A stretch of DNA of 63,997 nt, counting the filler, from Saprolegnia diclina VS20 (taxonomy: Eukaryota), in NCBI RefSeq assembly GCF_000281045.1. It is 20 parts of 20 records of this genome, joined end to end, with 100 filler letters (N's around TTAATTAATTAA, not from the genome) between each part and the next. Parts side by side here need not be neighbours in the genome. Positions count along the whole stretch, not along the records: positions 1 to 4,476 come from NW_008246340.1; positions 4,577 to 6,200 come from NW_008246341.1; positions 6,301 to 10,806 come from NW_008246342.1; 17 more parts are not named here. One strand, 5' to 3'. The translations under genes were made by a program, and so were the position numbers. Positions 1 to 9,300 of the stretch are shown here, in pieces. The stretch's first letter is position 1. Each line of letters opens with the position of its first letter. Under the pieces are notes generated by a model. It saw only the letters and a list, made by a program, of their open reading frames with translations. It was not told where the DNA came from and ran no database searches.

Positions 1-104
1 AGTGTATTATGTAAACTGGATAATCCTGGGTACATCTGCAATCGGTGTACACTATCCAGACGTAGCGAGGCGCGATGAGGATCAGAATCCTAACACCCCC
101 CCGC
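1..104 (-). repeat. Polypurine tract plus start of 3' LTR
   Basis: Minus strand GCGGGGGGG|TGTTAGGATTC; the TG LTR start is at 95. Confidence 0.8.
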
Positions 105-3100
105 AAGCTCGACTCCCTTGGAGAGCTCGAGCATGACCATGGAGCGCGATGCGTCGTAGACATGGACTTGGGCGAGAGCGCGCTCGAGCGATTCGGCAGG
201 TAGCGCCTTGGTGAAGCAATCTGCGGGCATGTCGCCTGACTTGCAGTACCGGGCCTTGATGCGGCCGGCTTGGACGGCTTCGCGGACGTAGTGATAACGG
301 ATGTCGATGTGCTTGGAGCGACTTGTCGTCGACGGGTTGTCCATCGTCTTGAGCGCGCTCTGGTTGTCACACCAGAGGTTGACACACGCTGTCTCGGGTA
401 CGAGCTTGGCTTGCTCGAGCAAAGTCTTCAACCACGCGGCTTCTTGCGTCGCGATGCTGGCAGCAACGTATTCGGCTTCCATCGTCGAGAGGGCCACCGT
501 CGCTTGCTGCTTCGAGTACCAGTGGACGGGCGCGCCGTTGATCTGGATGAGACAGCCGGACGTGGAGCGTCGGTTGGTCTTGTCGCCGGCCCAGTCGGCA
601 TCGGAGAAGATGTCGAGCGAGAGCGGACCGGCCGACTGGTGCGGCGCGAGGTGTAGACCGTACGTGCGCGTCGCCTTGAGGTAGCGCAGGATGCGGCGCA
701 GCTGGCTGCCGTGGTTCACCGTCTTGTGGTGTTCGATGCCCTTGTCGGCGAGGTAGGACTTGAACGCCTTGGAGGTGGATGCCCCCCCCTTGTCCGACCG
801 AAGCATGGGTGCCGGCCGTGGGAGCGTGATGCTAGGCATGAGCTCGAGGGCCGTGCAGTTGAGCGGCCAGAGTGAGCCGATCTTCTTGCATGTGGTCAGC
901 GGCTGGTGACCTGTCATGATCAGCAGCGTGCCACCGTGCGAAAGTTGAGAAACGCCTTCGTCGTCCAGCAGTGACGTGGAGATGAGGTGCATGGGCACGT
1001 CGGGTACGCAGTGGACGTCGTTGAGTACGAGTTCCGCACCCGTGTCGGCGAATTTAAGGCGCATCGATCCAGTAACGGTTGCGTGTACGTAGTCCTTGTT
1101 GGCGACTTGGACGCGCAGTGTCGACGGTGTCGGGTTGTGAATCATCGACGCGTCGTTGACGAGATGATGCGTGCAGCCAGAGTCCAAAAGAAAAGTACCG
1201 GAGGACAAACCGGCGCAAGCAGCAGCGCTCGAGAGACCGTTGACGGAGCCGGCAAACGCGAGTTCTTCAGCAATTTGGTCGTCGAGATCGGCCTCGGCTA
1301 GTTGGGCACGGGCAGTCGATTCTCGGCGGTCGCGGTTGCGAGCGCGGCGGCCGCGAGCAGTCGTCGGCTCGGTATCCGGCGCGACTTGACCGGCGCTGTT
1401 GTTGGCACGACCGTTTGGAGGGCGCAGTGCCAAGAAACGAGGGCAGTCACTGGGGAAATGGTACTCGTCGGGGCAGACGGGGCACTGATAAAGCGCGCGC
1501 GGCGGGCCTGGCGAGCCGGAACGGGCGTGACCGGGGCGTTGACCTTGACCTGGATCTTGATCTTGACCTTGTCCAGTGCGACCGCTGTGTTCGGCGCCAC
1601 GACCGTTGGTAGTGTGGGAACCACGTCCGTCGCGACCGGCCGCCGGCGCAGATGCGACGTTGGCGCGAGCGCGCGGGGTGTAGGGCGAGTCGCGAGTAGG
1701 CTGGGTTGTGGCCGAGCGAGGACGACCGTACTGGTAGCCAGAGCCAGTGAGTTGGGACAACTTGGTAACCACGACGTCCAACATCTCGGCGTCTTCACGA
1801 CGGTTGGGGTTGATAAGCGTCGTGAGAGTGAGCGTGAGCTCGGGACAGGCGTACTTGACGAACATGTCGAGGACGAGGCTGTTCGGTGCGTTGACTTCTC
1901 GCTGCAAGTGACGGAGGAAACGAACCAACTCGTCCCACGTCATGTTGTACTTCTTGGGCTGCCGCATGTACTCCATAGCTTGGTCGTGCGTGAGCTTCGA
2001 CGCATAGCGTTCGGTGAGCCGGGTAACGAGGTCGTGGAGGCCGAAGTCAGGCTTGGCAGCCTTCCACTGCTCCACGTGGCTGTTGTAGAAGGACTTGGGT
2101 GCAGTGCCGAGAGACCCCAGAAGTACGTGGCGTCGGTGCTCGTCCGTCCAGTGCGAGTTGTAGAAGGCCACGTCACGCTGAATAGCTTCTTCAAGCAGTT
2201 GGAGATGCTCGGGAAAGTTTGCGCTGCAACCCGGGTACGCGGGCTCGCCCGTGAACTTGTCGACCTTGAAAGTCCGCAGGTTCGGCGGGTTGGAGTACGT
2301 CGGGGCGTAAGGGCGCTGAGGCATGCCGCCGCCACCAGCACCACCTGGAGGGCCACCGCCACCAGGAGGGCCACCGCCACCGGGAGGACCACCGCCGCCG
2401 GGCGGGACACCGGGAGGACCACCGCCGCCAGGCATACCACCGCCAGGCGTACCACCGCCGCGAGGCGTGTGTGGAGGGCCGGGAGGTCCGCCGCCACCGG
2501 GAGCACCGCCGCCTGGAGGACCGCCGCCACCAGGAAAGCCGCCGCCGCCAGGAAGACCACCGCCGCCGGGAGGCGTAGGGTGATAGACGGGCGCGTCTGC
2601 GGGCTGAGCGTAGGTGTGGCCAAAGTCGCGTTCAAACGGACTGGTCGGAGGCGGCGCCGGAGCGGGCGCACAGTAGACGTGAGCGCCACGAAGTGCGGCG
2701 TGCGTCTTGGTGAGTTCCAGCGAGAGGTTGGTGAATTCTTGTTCGAGGTTTGCAACCACGTCGGAGTGCTCGGCGCGTGCTAACTCGAGGTCGGCCACTG
2801 CGGTGTGAGCGGCTTGGACGGCCGCATCACGCGCGAGGTGTGCCGCGACGACGTCGCATCGAGCTGCGTCACGCTCAGCAACCACTTGAGCGTAGGCGTT
2901 TTGGCTCGCGGCAAGTTGGTTCTGGAGTTGGCGAGTCGCAGAAGCATGCGCGGTGTCACGGTCTTGATCGGACGAGGACGCCATGGCGACTGCCGCGTCA
3001 CGAGCTGCGTTGGCCTCTTTCAAGGTACGTCGAGTGTCGGCGAGTGTCTGCGCGAGCTCGTCGCGTGCCGTCTTGGAGTTGTTTGCGTAGCCCAACGCAA

Positions 3101-4418
3101 CGTCGCGTTGTTGCTCAGACGCATGCAAGGCATGACGCGCGGCGTTAAGCTCGGCGTTGGTGTGTTGGCGTGACGTCTCGGACGAGGTCAGTCGAGCATC
3201 GAGGTCATTGAGCTTGTCGTTGATGGCCATCACAGTGCGAGTTGAAGAGTCGAGTTCTTGACGCAGGTTGTCACGTTCGAGCAATACGACGTGCAGTTGG
3301 CGGACGTGCTCGCGGTGCGCTTCATTGAGCTGTGTCGTGGCTCGCGCGTGTTCGTCGAGGAGTCTTCGTGTACGCTCGGCGATTTCCTTCTCGATAATGT
3401 CTTGGATGGTAGCTGCGTCGTACATGGGCGCAGGCTGCGTGGAGCTCGGTACGGTTCCTTGATCGTCTTGAACGTCTTGAGCATCTTGATAATCTTGATC
3501 GCCTTGGGCATCTTGATCATCTTGGGCGTGAGTGTCGCGTGGGTCCGTCTCGCTTGGAGCGGTCGACGTCGCGGCGGATTGCTCGGGCCAGGTAGGCGAC
3601 ACGACGTCGTCGAACTCGTCCGGGATAATGGTCGGGGTCGGCACGCGGTCAAGCGGTACGTGGTCGGGCGTAAAGTCCTGCGACGTGGCGCGCTTGCGCG
3701 GACTCGTCGGGACGTGAGACATGTTCTTCGTCTGTTCTTCGTGGACAGCAAGCTTGTTCTTGATGTCGTGGGCACGGTTGGCGGCAAAAGCCAACTTGAA
3801 GTCCTTCTTGCGGTCTTCTTTGGGTACCTTGATCGTGTTGCTCGCGGTCGACTGTGGCTGCGGCCCGTGGAGATCGATCATCCTTGAGGGGGTCGTCGCA
3901 GTGTTCGTCAAAGACACGCTGGAGCTTGTGCTGGACGTTGTTGTCGAGCTCGCACTTTCGAAAGTGAGCCTCGCTGTGGAGCGATGGGCTTCTTGTGCGA
4001 TGGGGCGCATTGATGGGTCATCCTTGATGTCACCAACATTGACCAGCACGTGCGTGTTGCGGCGTGTGTCCTCGTCGCAGCGCGTGTTGCAGCGTGTGTT
4101 GACGTCCCGGCGCGTGTTGCAGCGTGTATCGACGTCGCGGCGCGTGTCGGCGTCACAGCACGTGTCGTGTGCTTGTAACTGTTGGGTCAAGTTGACTGGA
4201 GAGCCGGTCGACAGTTGCACCATCTTGGCCGACATGTTAAGCGACGGCACCAATCTAGTCGTTGTGTCGGGCGCGGGCGACGGCTTGAGGGCATCGCGCG
4301 CGGTGGCTGATGTGGGGACGTGCTGCTCGGCAAATGAGGCTGGCGACGTCGTGCGCGTGTGAGGTTGCATGCTGCTGTTGTGCGCTGCACGAGGGAGCAA
4401 TTCCTTCCTTGGGCTCAT
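90..4418 (-). CDS. Copia polyprotein (Gag with CCHC knuckle, aspartic protease, integrase remnant, RNase H); RT domain missing
   Basis: CPVCPDEYHFPSDC knuckle; FLLDSGCTHH protease; LRSDKGG integrase piece; LRRILRYLKAT; FSDADWAGDKTNRRSTSG, ALSTMEAEYVA and KHIDIRYHYVRE copia RNase H motifs; no YVDD region. Confidence 0.88.
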   Translation of the reverse strand: MSPRKELLPRAAHNSSMQPHTRTTSPASFAEQHVPTSATARDALKPSPAPDTTTRLVPSLNMSAKMVQLSTGSPVNLTQQLQAHDTCCDADTRRDVDTRCNTRRDVNTRCNTRCDEDTRRNTHVLVNVGDIKDDPSMRPIAQEAHRSTARLTFESASSTTTSSTSSSVSLTNTATTPSRMIDLHGPQPQSTASNTIKVPKEDRKKDFKLAFAANRAHDIKNKLAVHEEQTKNMSHVPTSPRKRATSQDFTPDHVPLDRVPTPTIIPDEFDDVVSPTWPEQSAATSTAPSETDPRDTHAQDDQDAQGDQDYQDAQDVQDDQGTVPSSTQPAPMYDAATIQDIIEKEIAERTRRLLDEHARATTQLNEAHREHVRQLHVVLLERDNLRQELDSSTRTVMAINDKLNDLDARLTSSETSRQHTNAELNAARHALHASEQQRDVALGYANNSKTARDELAQTLADTRRTLKEANAARDAAVAMASSSDQDRDTAHASATRQLQNQLAASQNAYAQVVAERDAARCDVVAAHLARDAAVQAAHTAVADLELARAEHSDVVANLEQEFTNLSLELTKTHAALRGAHVYCAPAPAPPPTSPFERDFGHTYAQPADAPVYHPTPPGGGGLPGGGGFPGGGGPPGGGAPGGGGPPGPPHTPRGGGTPGGGMPGGGGPPGVPPGGGGPPGGGGPPGGGGPPGGAGGGGMPQRPYAPTYSNPPNLRTFKVDKFTGEPAYPGCSANFPEHLQLLEEAIQRDVAFYNSHWTDEHRRHVLLGSLGTAPKSFYNSHVEQWKAAKPDFGLHDLVTRLTERYASKLTHDQAMEYMRQPKKYNMTWDELVRFLRHLQREVNAPNSLVLDMFVKYACPELTLTLTTLINPNRREDAEMLDVVVTKLSQLTGSGYQYGRPRSATTQPTRDSPYTPRARANVASAPAAGRDGRGSHTTNGRGAEHSGRTGQGQDQDPGQGQRPGHARSGSPGPPRALYQCPVCPDEYHFPSDCPRFLALRPPNGRANNSAGQVAPDTEPTTARGRRARNRDRRESTARAQLAEADLDDQIAEELAFAGSVNGLSSAAACAGLSSGTFLLDSGCTHHLVNDASMIHNPTPSTLRVQVANKDYVHATVTGSMRLKFADTGAELVLNDVHCVPDVPMHLISTSLLDDEGVSQLSHGGTLLIMTGHQPLTTCKKIGSLWPLNCTALELMPSITLPRPAPMLRSDKGGASTSKAFKSYLADKGIEHHKTVNHGSQLRRILRYLKATRTYGLHLAPHQSAGPLSLDIFSDADWAGDKTNRRSTSGCLIQINGAPVHWYSKQQATVALSTMEAEYVAASIATQEAAWLKTLLEQAKLVPETACVNLWCDNQSALKTMDNPSTTSRSKHIDIRYHYVREAVQAGRIKARYCKSGDMPADCFTKALPAESLERALAQVHVYDASRSMVMLELSKGVELAGGC

Positions 4419-4422
4419 AACC
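4411..4422 (-). promoter_or_regulatory. Primer-binding site complementary to the anticodon stem-loop of initiator tRNA-Met
   Basis: The plus strand reads GGGCTCATAACC (tRNA-iMet anticodon arm). On the minus strand GGTTATGAGCCC directly follows the LTR-terminal CA. Confidence 0.85.
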
Positions 4423-4476
4423 TGTCGGAACTGCTAGAGTCCGATGCAGGCGCACGAGGCAGAGACTTGTGTCGTA

Positions 4477-4576
4477 NNNNNNNNNNNNNNNNNNNNNNNN
4501 NNNNNNNNNNNNNNNNNNNNTTAATTAATTAANNNNNNNNNNNNNNNNNNNNNNNNNNNNNNNNNNNNNNNNNNNN
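4477..4576. other. Artificial contig linker (first of 19)
   Basis: N-run/TTAATTAATTAA/N-run; the core recurs near 6245, 10851, 15183, 17508, 21872, 26193, 30583, 32054, 33561, 35789, 38097, 42188, 46213, 50257, 54097, 57931, 61793 and 62938. Confidence 0.98.
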
Positions 4577-5088
4577 TCGTCACTAGCAATGCAAATCGCA
4601 AAGCAAACTGGCGTCATTGTAATCCCACTGGGTGAGTGAGCGATATACGCCATAATCACGAACGACGCCGTCGTCATCTTGCAGTTGAGTGCAGCGATAT
4701 ACGCCATAAACACGAACGACACCGTCGTCATCTTGCAGTTGAGTGCAGTGCAACTTGCTGGCAAGCACCACCCGAGTTTGTCGTTTCTGTCTTTTGACCT
4801 ACCCGCTTCGGCACGACAAACAACCGTGCTTGATACTCGTCGCCACCTGGCGAACGACCTTTCAACCAACGAGCGTCCTCACATTTGTGGTATGTATCAA
4901 AAGCTCGGGCCAAATCTTCGCACGACCAGGTGTACGGTTCGCTATGCTTGATCGTCGTCAATTGCTTACTCGCGTCCCCAGCTGCAACAATAGCTGATCG
5001 ATGATTTCGCGATCCTCTGCCGTAACGTTAGTCTTAGGTCACCAAGGGCGATGCGAATCTTTCTCAATGACACCACTCTGCATTTGAC

Positions 5089-5312
5089 CATGGACATTGC
5101 ACGCCTCCTCGCGCCGGTCGACCACGGCATCGACGACTTCGATGATGACAACACCATCGTGCACGCTGATGTCCGCAACGGCNNNNNNNNNNNNNNNNNN
5201 NNNNNNNNNNNNNNNNNNNNNNNNNNNNNNNNNNNNNNNNNNNNNNNNNNNNNNNNNNNNNNNNNNNNNNNNNNNNNNNNNNCCCAAGGCAATGTTTCTC
5301 CATCGTCACTAG
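5089..5312 (+). CDS. Tandem paralogue 1 (spans an assembly gap) of a small Myb/SANT-like protein
   Basis: MDIARLLAPVDH...VRNG [gap] PKAMFLHRH*; same N-terminus as the ORF at 6018. Confidence 0.5.
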
Positions 5313-5373
5313 CAATGCAAATCGCAAAGCAAACTGGCGTCATTGTAATCCCACTGGGTGAGTGAGCGATATA

Positions 5374-5607
5374 TATATTATATATATATGAACGTGTTTC
5401 GCGTTATCTTCATAATTACACAAAGACTTCGCATACGTAGAGACTAGCAATCTCCTTCTTCTTCATTCGCTCGCCGGTCCGTGGCTGCGCAGGCGACGGC
5501 GCGGGGGCTCGTCTGGCTCTTCTGTCGTCGCCCTACGACGCTTGTGGCCGCGGGTGAGGCCCGTGACGACACGGTCGGTCAAATCTTTCCAGGCGTCGCG
5601 GTCGGCG
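5374..5607 (-). mobile_element. 5'-truncated non-LTR retrotransposon (RTE-like) insertion
   Basis: Absent from the other tandem unit. Flanked by a GCGATATA direct repeat (5366-5373, 5608-5615). Minus strand encodes AADRDAWKDL..., then a stop, a UTR and a (TA)n tail. Confidence 0.6.
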
Positions 5608-6000
5608 GCGATATACGCCAGAAACACGAACGACGCCGTCGTCATCTTGCAGTTGAGTGCAGTGCAACTTGCTGGCAAGCACCACCCGAGTTTGTCGTTT
5701 CTATCTTTTGACCTACCCGCTTCGGCACGACAAACAGCCGTGCTTGATACTCGTCGCCACCTGGCGAACGACATTTCAACCAACGAGCGTCCTCAGCACC
5801 TCACATTTGTGGTACCGTATGTATCAAAAGCTCCGGCCAAATCTTCGCACGACCAGGTGTACGAATCGTTATGCTTGATCCGTCGTCAATTGCTTACTCG
5901 CGTCCCCAGCTGCAACTATAGCTGATCGATGATTTCGCGATCCTCTACCGTAACGTTAGTCTTAGGTCACCAAGTGCGATTCGAATCTTTCTCAATGACA

Positions 6001-6014
6001 CCACTCTGCATTTG
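6001..6014 (+). promoter_or_regulatory. Oomycete Inr+FPR-like core promoter motif
   Basis: CCACTCTGCATTTG fits YCAYTYY-N-CAWTT just before the ATG; the same motif is at 5073-5086. Confidence 0.55.
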
Positions 6015-6017
6015 ACC

Positions 6018-6200
6018 ATGGACATTGCACGCCTCCTCGCGCCCCTCGACCACGACTTCGACGACCTCAATGATGATAAGGAGAACCATACCATGCATTC
6101 TGGCCTCCGCAACGGCGCTTGGTCGTGGGTCGAGGAGCGCTACACGATGGCGCTCATTGAAGCCTTCCTCCTCGGCGCCTTTCCAAGCTTACTGCCGGGC
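6018..6200 (+). CDS. Partial hypothetical protein with Myb/SANT-like first helix
   Basis: LRNGAWSWVEERYTMALIEAFLLG resembles the LRxGxWxxEExY pattern; Inr/FPR-like motif just upstream; truncated by the contig end. Confidence 0.55.
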
Positions 6201-6300
6201 NNNNNNNNNNNNNNNNNNNNNNNNNNNNNNNNNNNNNNNNNNNNTTAATTAATTAANNNNNNNNNNNNNNNNNNNNNNNNNNNNNNNNNNNNNNNNNNNN

Positions 6301-9300
6301 GTGGTAGAACCGGAGCCGCTGGATGAGCTGGTGGACGTCGGCGTCGGAGTAGTCGAACCGGAGCCGCTGGACGAGCTAGTAGAAGTCGGCGATGGCGTGG
6401 TCGAGCCCGAACCGCTGGACGAGCTAGTGGAGGTCGGCGTCGGAGTAGTCGAACCGGAGCCGCTGGATGAGCTAGTCACTGTGGGCGTCGGTGTGGCAGA
6501 GCCCGACCCGCTCGAAGAGCCGGTCGACGTCGGCGAGGGAGTAGTCGAGCCCGAACCGCTGGACGAGCTTGTCGACGTCGGCGAAGGCGTAGTCGAGCCC
6601 GAACCACTCGAAGAACTGGTGGATGTCGGCGAAGGTGTAATCGATCCAGAACCGCTGGATGAGCTAGTCGATGTCGGCGACGGAGTCGTAGAGCCTGAAC
6701 CGCTGGACGAGCTAGTCGGCGTCGGCGACGGAGTCGTAGAGCCTGAGCCGCTGGACGAGCTAGTCGGCTCCGGCGTCGGTGCGGGCGTCGGTTCCGGCGT
6801 CGGTGCCGGTGTCGGTGCGGGCGTCGGCGGGAGAGGAGCGCACACCGCTTCGATGCTCAGCGACTTGAGAAGGCCGGGGCACGGATCGTTGAACACCCTA
6901 TTATGCATATCATATTCAACTTCTTGGTTATTGTGTCAGCAGATGTACTCATCTTGTCGTTAGGGTCTTTGGCAACCCGTGCGACGGAACGTTCAAGACG
7001 CTCAGCGTCGCGGTCGAGTGTGCCGACAGTGCCTCGGCGCGCCTTCGCCGCCGTCTCTAAAGCGGAGTGACTTTGTGTTTGTAATCCAAATGCACGTTTG
7101 TTTTAAATTGACGCCAAATGAGCTTGGGTCCACGTTGACGAATGGAGCAGTAGCAAGGCCTTGGTGCTATCATGCGACTACAATGCGCGCAATAAATTTA
7201 GCTACACTGTGTTCATTGGATGAAAATATGTCTGTACCGCACTGTTTTCGCTGGTTTTTAGCCTAGTAGAAGCGTCAGAATGTGACGCATCGACCTGCAA
7301 AATTGCAGGCCGATCTGCGGCGTCCCGGATGAGAATTCGCGATTTTTCGTCAAAAAGTGATATTTTACCCGCGAAAGAAGTTTGGACACAGGGGCGTAAA
7401 TCGACCGATTAGAGTCGATCAACAAGCAAAACGCAGCGCAGTCGCATGTCACTTGATTGCGTTGAGCCTTTTCTACCCTTGTATCCAATATCGGCAGCTC
7501 ACACTTGGATTTGAGCCGCGATAAGCATGGGCAAAGGCACGACATTCACCAAGGCCCGTCAAGACCAAATTTTGACCTTCCATCGCGCTGCAGCTTGCCC
7601 ACGACGCATCAGCAAAGAAATAGAGAGCTTGGCCAGTGCTGTTGCACGTTTTTCCGAGGCCAGGCGCACGTATTACGCCTTCAACGTGTCTGGTTCACCC
7701 CCATGGCTCTCGAGCACACCCCTTCGACGCCTCTTTTGCGATAATGCAAAGGGCCGTTCGAGCTACCGCTAGCTTGTAACGAACGGAAACTTATGTGTGA
7801 TGCCTCGCTGAGTCCTGCAGCTCCTCAGCCGCATTGGGGNNNNNNNNNNNNNNNNNNNNNNNNNNNNNNNNNNNNNNNNNNNNNNNNNNNNNNNNNNNNN
7901 NNNNNNNNNNNNNNNNNNNNNNNNNNNNNNNNNNNNNNNGCAAAAGAGTCGAGTAGCGACGTACTGGGGAGAGACGTCGATCGAGCACGCGTTCTGGCCG
8001 GTGCACGCGTCCTGAACGGCAGGACCCGACAACGGCGCGTGGCACCAGCTGACCGTGTTGACACCCGACTGCACCGCCGACGTGCCGTACGAGGCAAAGA
8101 GCACCGGTCCGACGACAAAGTTGTTGGGACACTGCAGAGAGAGCGTGTTGCCGTCCGTGGCAGTCGCGCTGATGATGGTCGGGTCCGGGTTGGGCGGCGT
8201 CACGATCACCGGCGCCGCGTCCTTGCAGTGGGCAGTGACACTCAGCGTCTTGTCCGTGTCGACGCACGGGTTACTGAAGGCAGCGCTCTCGGCCGGCACG
8301 GAGCACGACGTCTGACCAAGGCAGAGAAACTCGACGACGGGCTCCGAGTACGGCGACGTGCACCAGTCGTTGACAAAGCGGGGGAACGCGCCGCCCGAGA
8401 GACCGTACGACGCGTACAAGACGGCGTCGATGGCCTGACCCGCCGGACACGAGAGCTCCAGCGTACCATGCTCGGGCACCGACCCGCCAATGATCTGCGG
8501 GTCCGGCGGCGGCGTCGCGCACGTGGCCTGCACCGTGAGGTGCTTTTGCACGCCGTAGCAGTTGTCCGTAAACACGTTGTTGGCCGGCACGGAGCACGAG
8601 TCTTGTCCGAGGCACGCCTGCTGCACGATGGCCACCGAGCTCGGGTCGTCGCACGAGCCGGTGGCGAACGAGCCGACGTGGCCGGTGGGATTACCAAACG
8701 ACGCAAAGTCGATCGACTGCACCGTCTTGCCGGCCGGACAGCTCAAGTGCAGCACTGCACCTTGCGGCACCGACGTGCCGATGATGTCGTTCGAGATGCA
8801 CTCGGCGACGATTGACAGACTCTTGGTCGAGCCCGCGCAAGGACCCGCAGTAAACGTGTCGGCGGTCGCGGCCACGGTGCACGAGTTCTTGCCGAGGCAG
8901 CTCGAGCCGACGACAAAGTTGCTGTCGGCGGCGTGGCACGTTGGGTCGACGCTAAAGTCGGGGAAGATGCCGGTCGCCGTGCCGAACGAAGCAAAGTCGA
9001 TGGCCGAGATGTACGTGCCAGCCGGGCACTGCAACGACGCGCTGCTGTCTTGGGCGACACTCGTGCCGATGATGTTGTTGGGCACACACTTGGCCGTCAC
9101 GTCGAGCTTCTTGGTGGCGCCCGGACACGGGTCGTCGCCAAACGTCCTACCATTACGCATGAGTGGTTGTGGTCATCCAAGCAATGGTGGATGTACCCGC
9201 TGTGGACGTCGACCGAGCACGCATTCTCGCCGATGCACCGGTCACCGATGGTCGCCACGGCACCGGCCGCATCGCACGTCGGGTCGGCGGCGTAGTCGGG

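Larger units (their letters stand above)
1..4476 (-). mobile_element. Ty1/copia LTR retrotransposon, internally deleted; both LTRs cut by contig/window ends
   Basis: On the minus strand the 5' LTR ends ...CCGACA at 4423, followed by the PBS. Then gag-PR-(IN remnant)-RNase H ORF, a G-rich PPT at ~96-104, and a 3' LTR starting TGTTAGG at 95. Confidence 0.93.
4577..6200 (+). repeat. Tandem gene array (two visible units plus the 3' end of a third)
   Basis: 4577-5182 closely matches ~5303-6116. Each unit begins with the gene end TCGTCACTAG and ends in an ORF starting MDIARLLAP. Confidence 0.85.

Noticed and set aside
1302..2783. 493-aa plus-strand ORF and similar antisense ORFs throughout
   Set aside because: Shadow frames of GC-rich genes with strong codon bias; no recognisable motifs.
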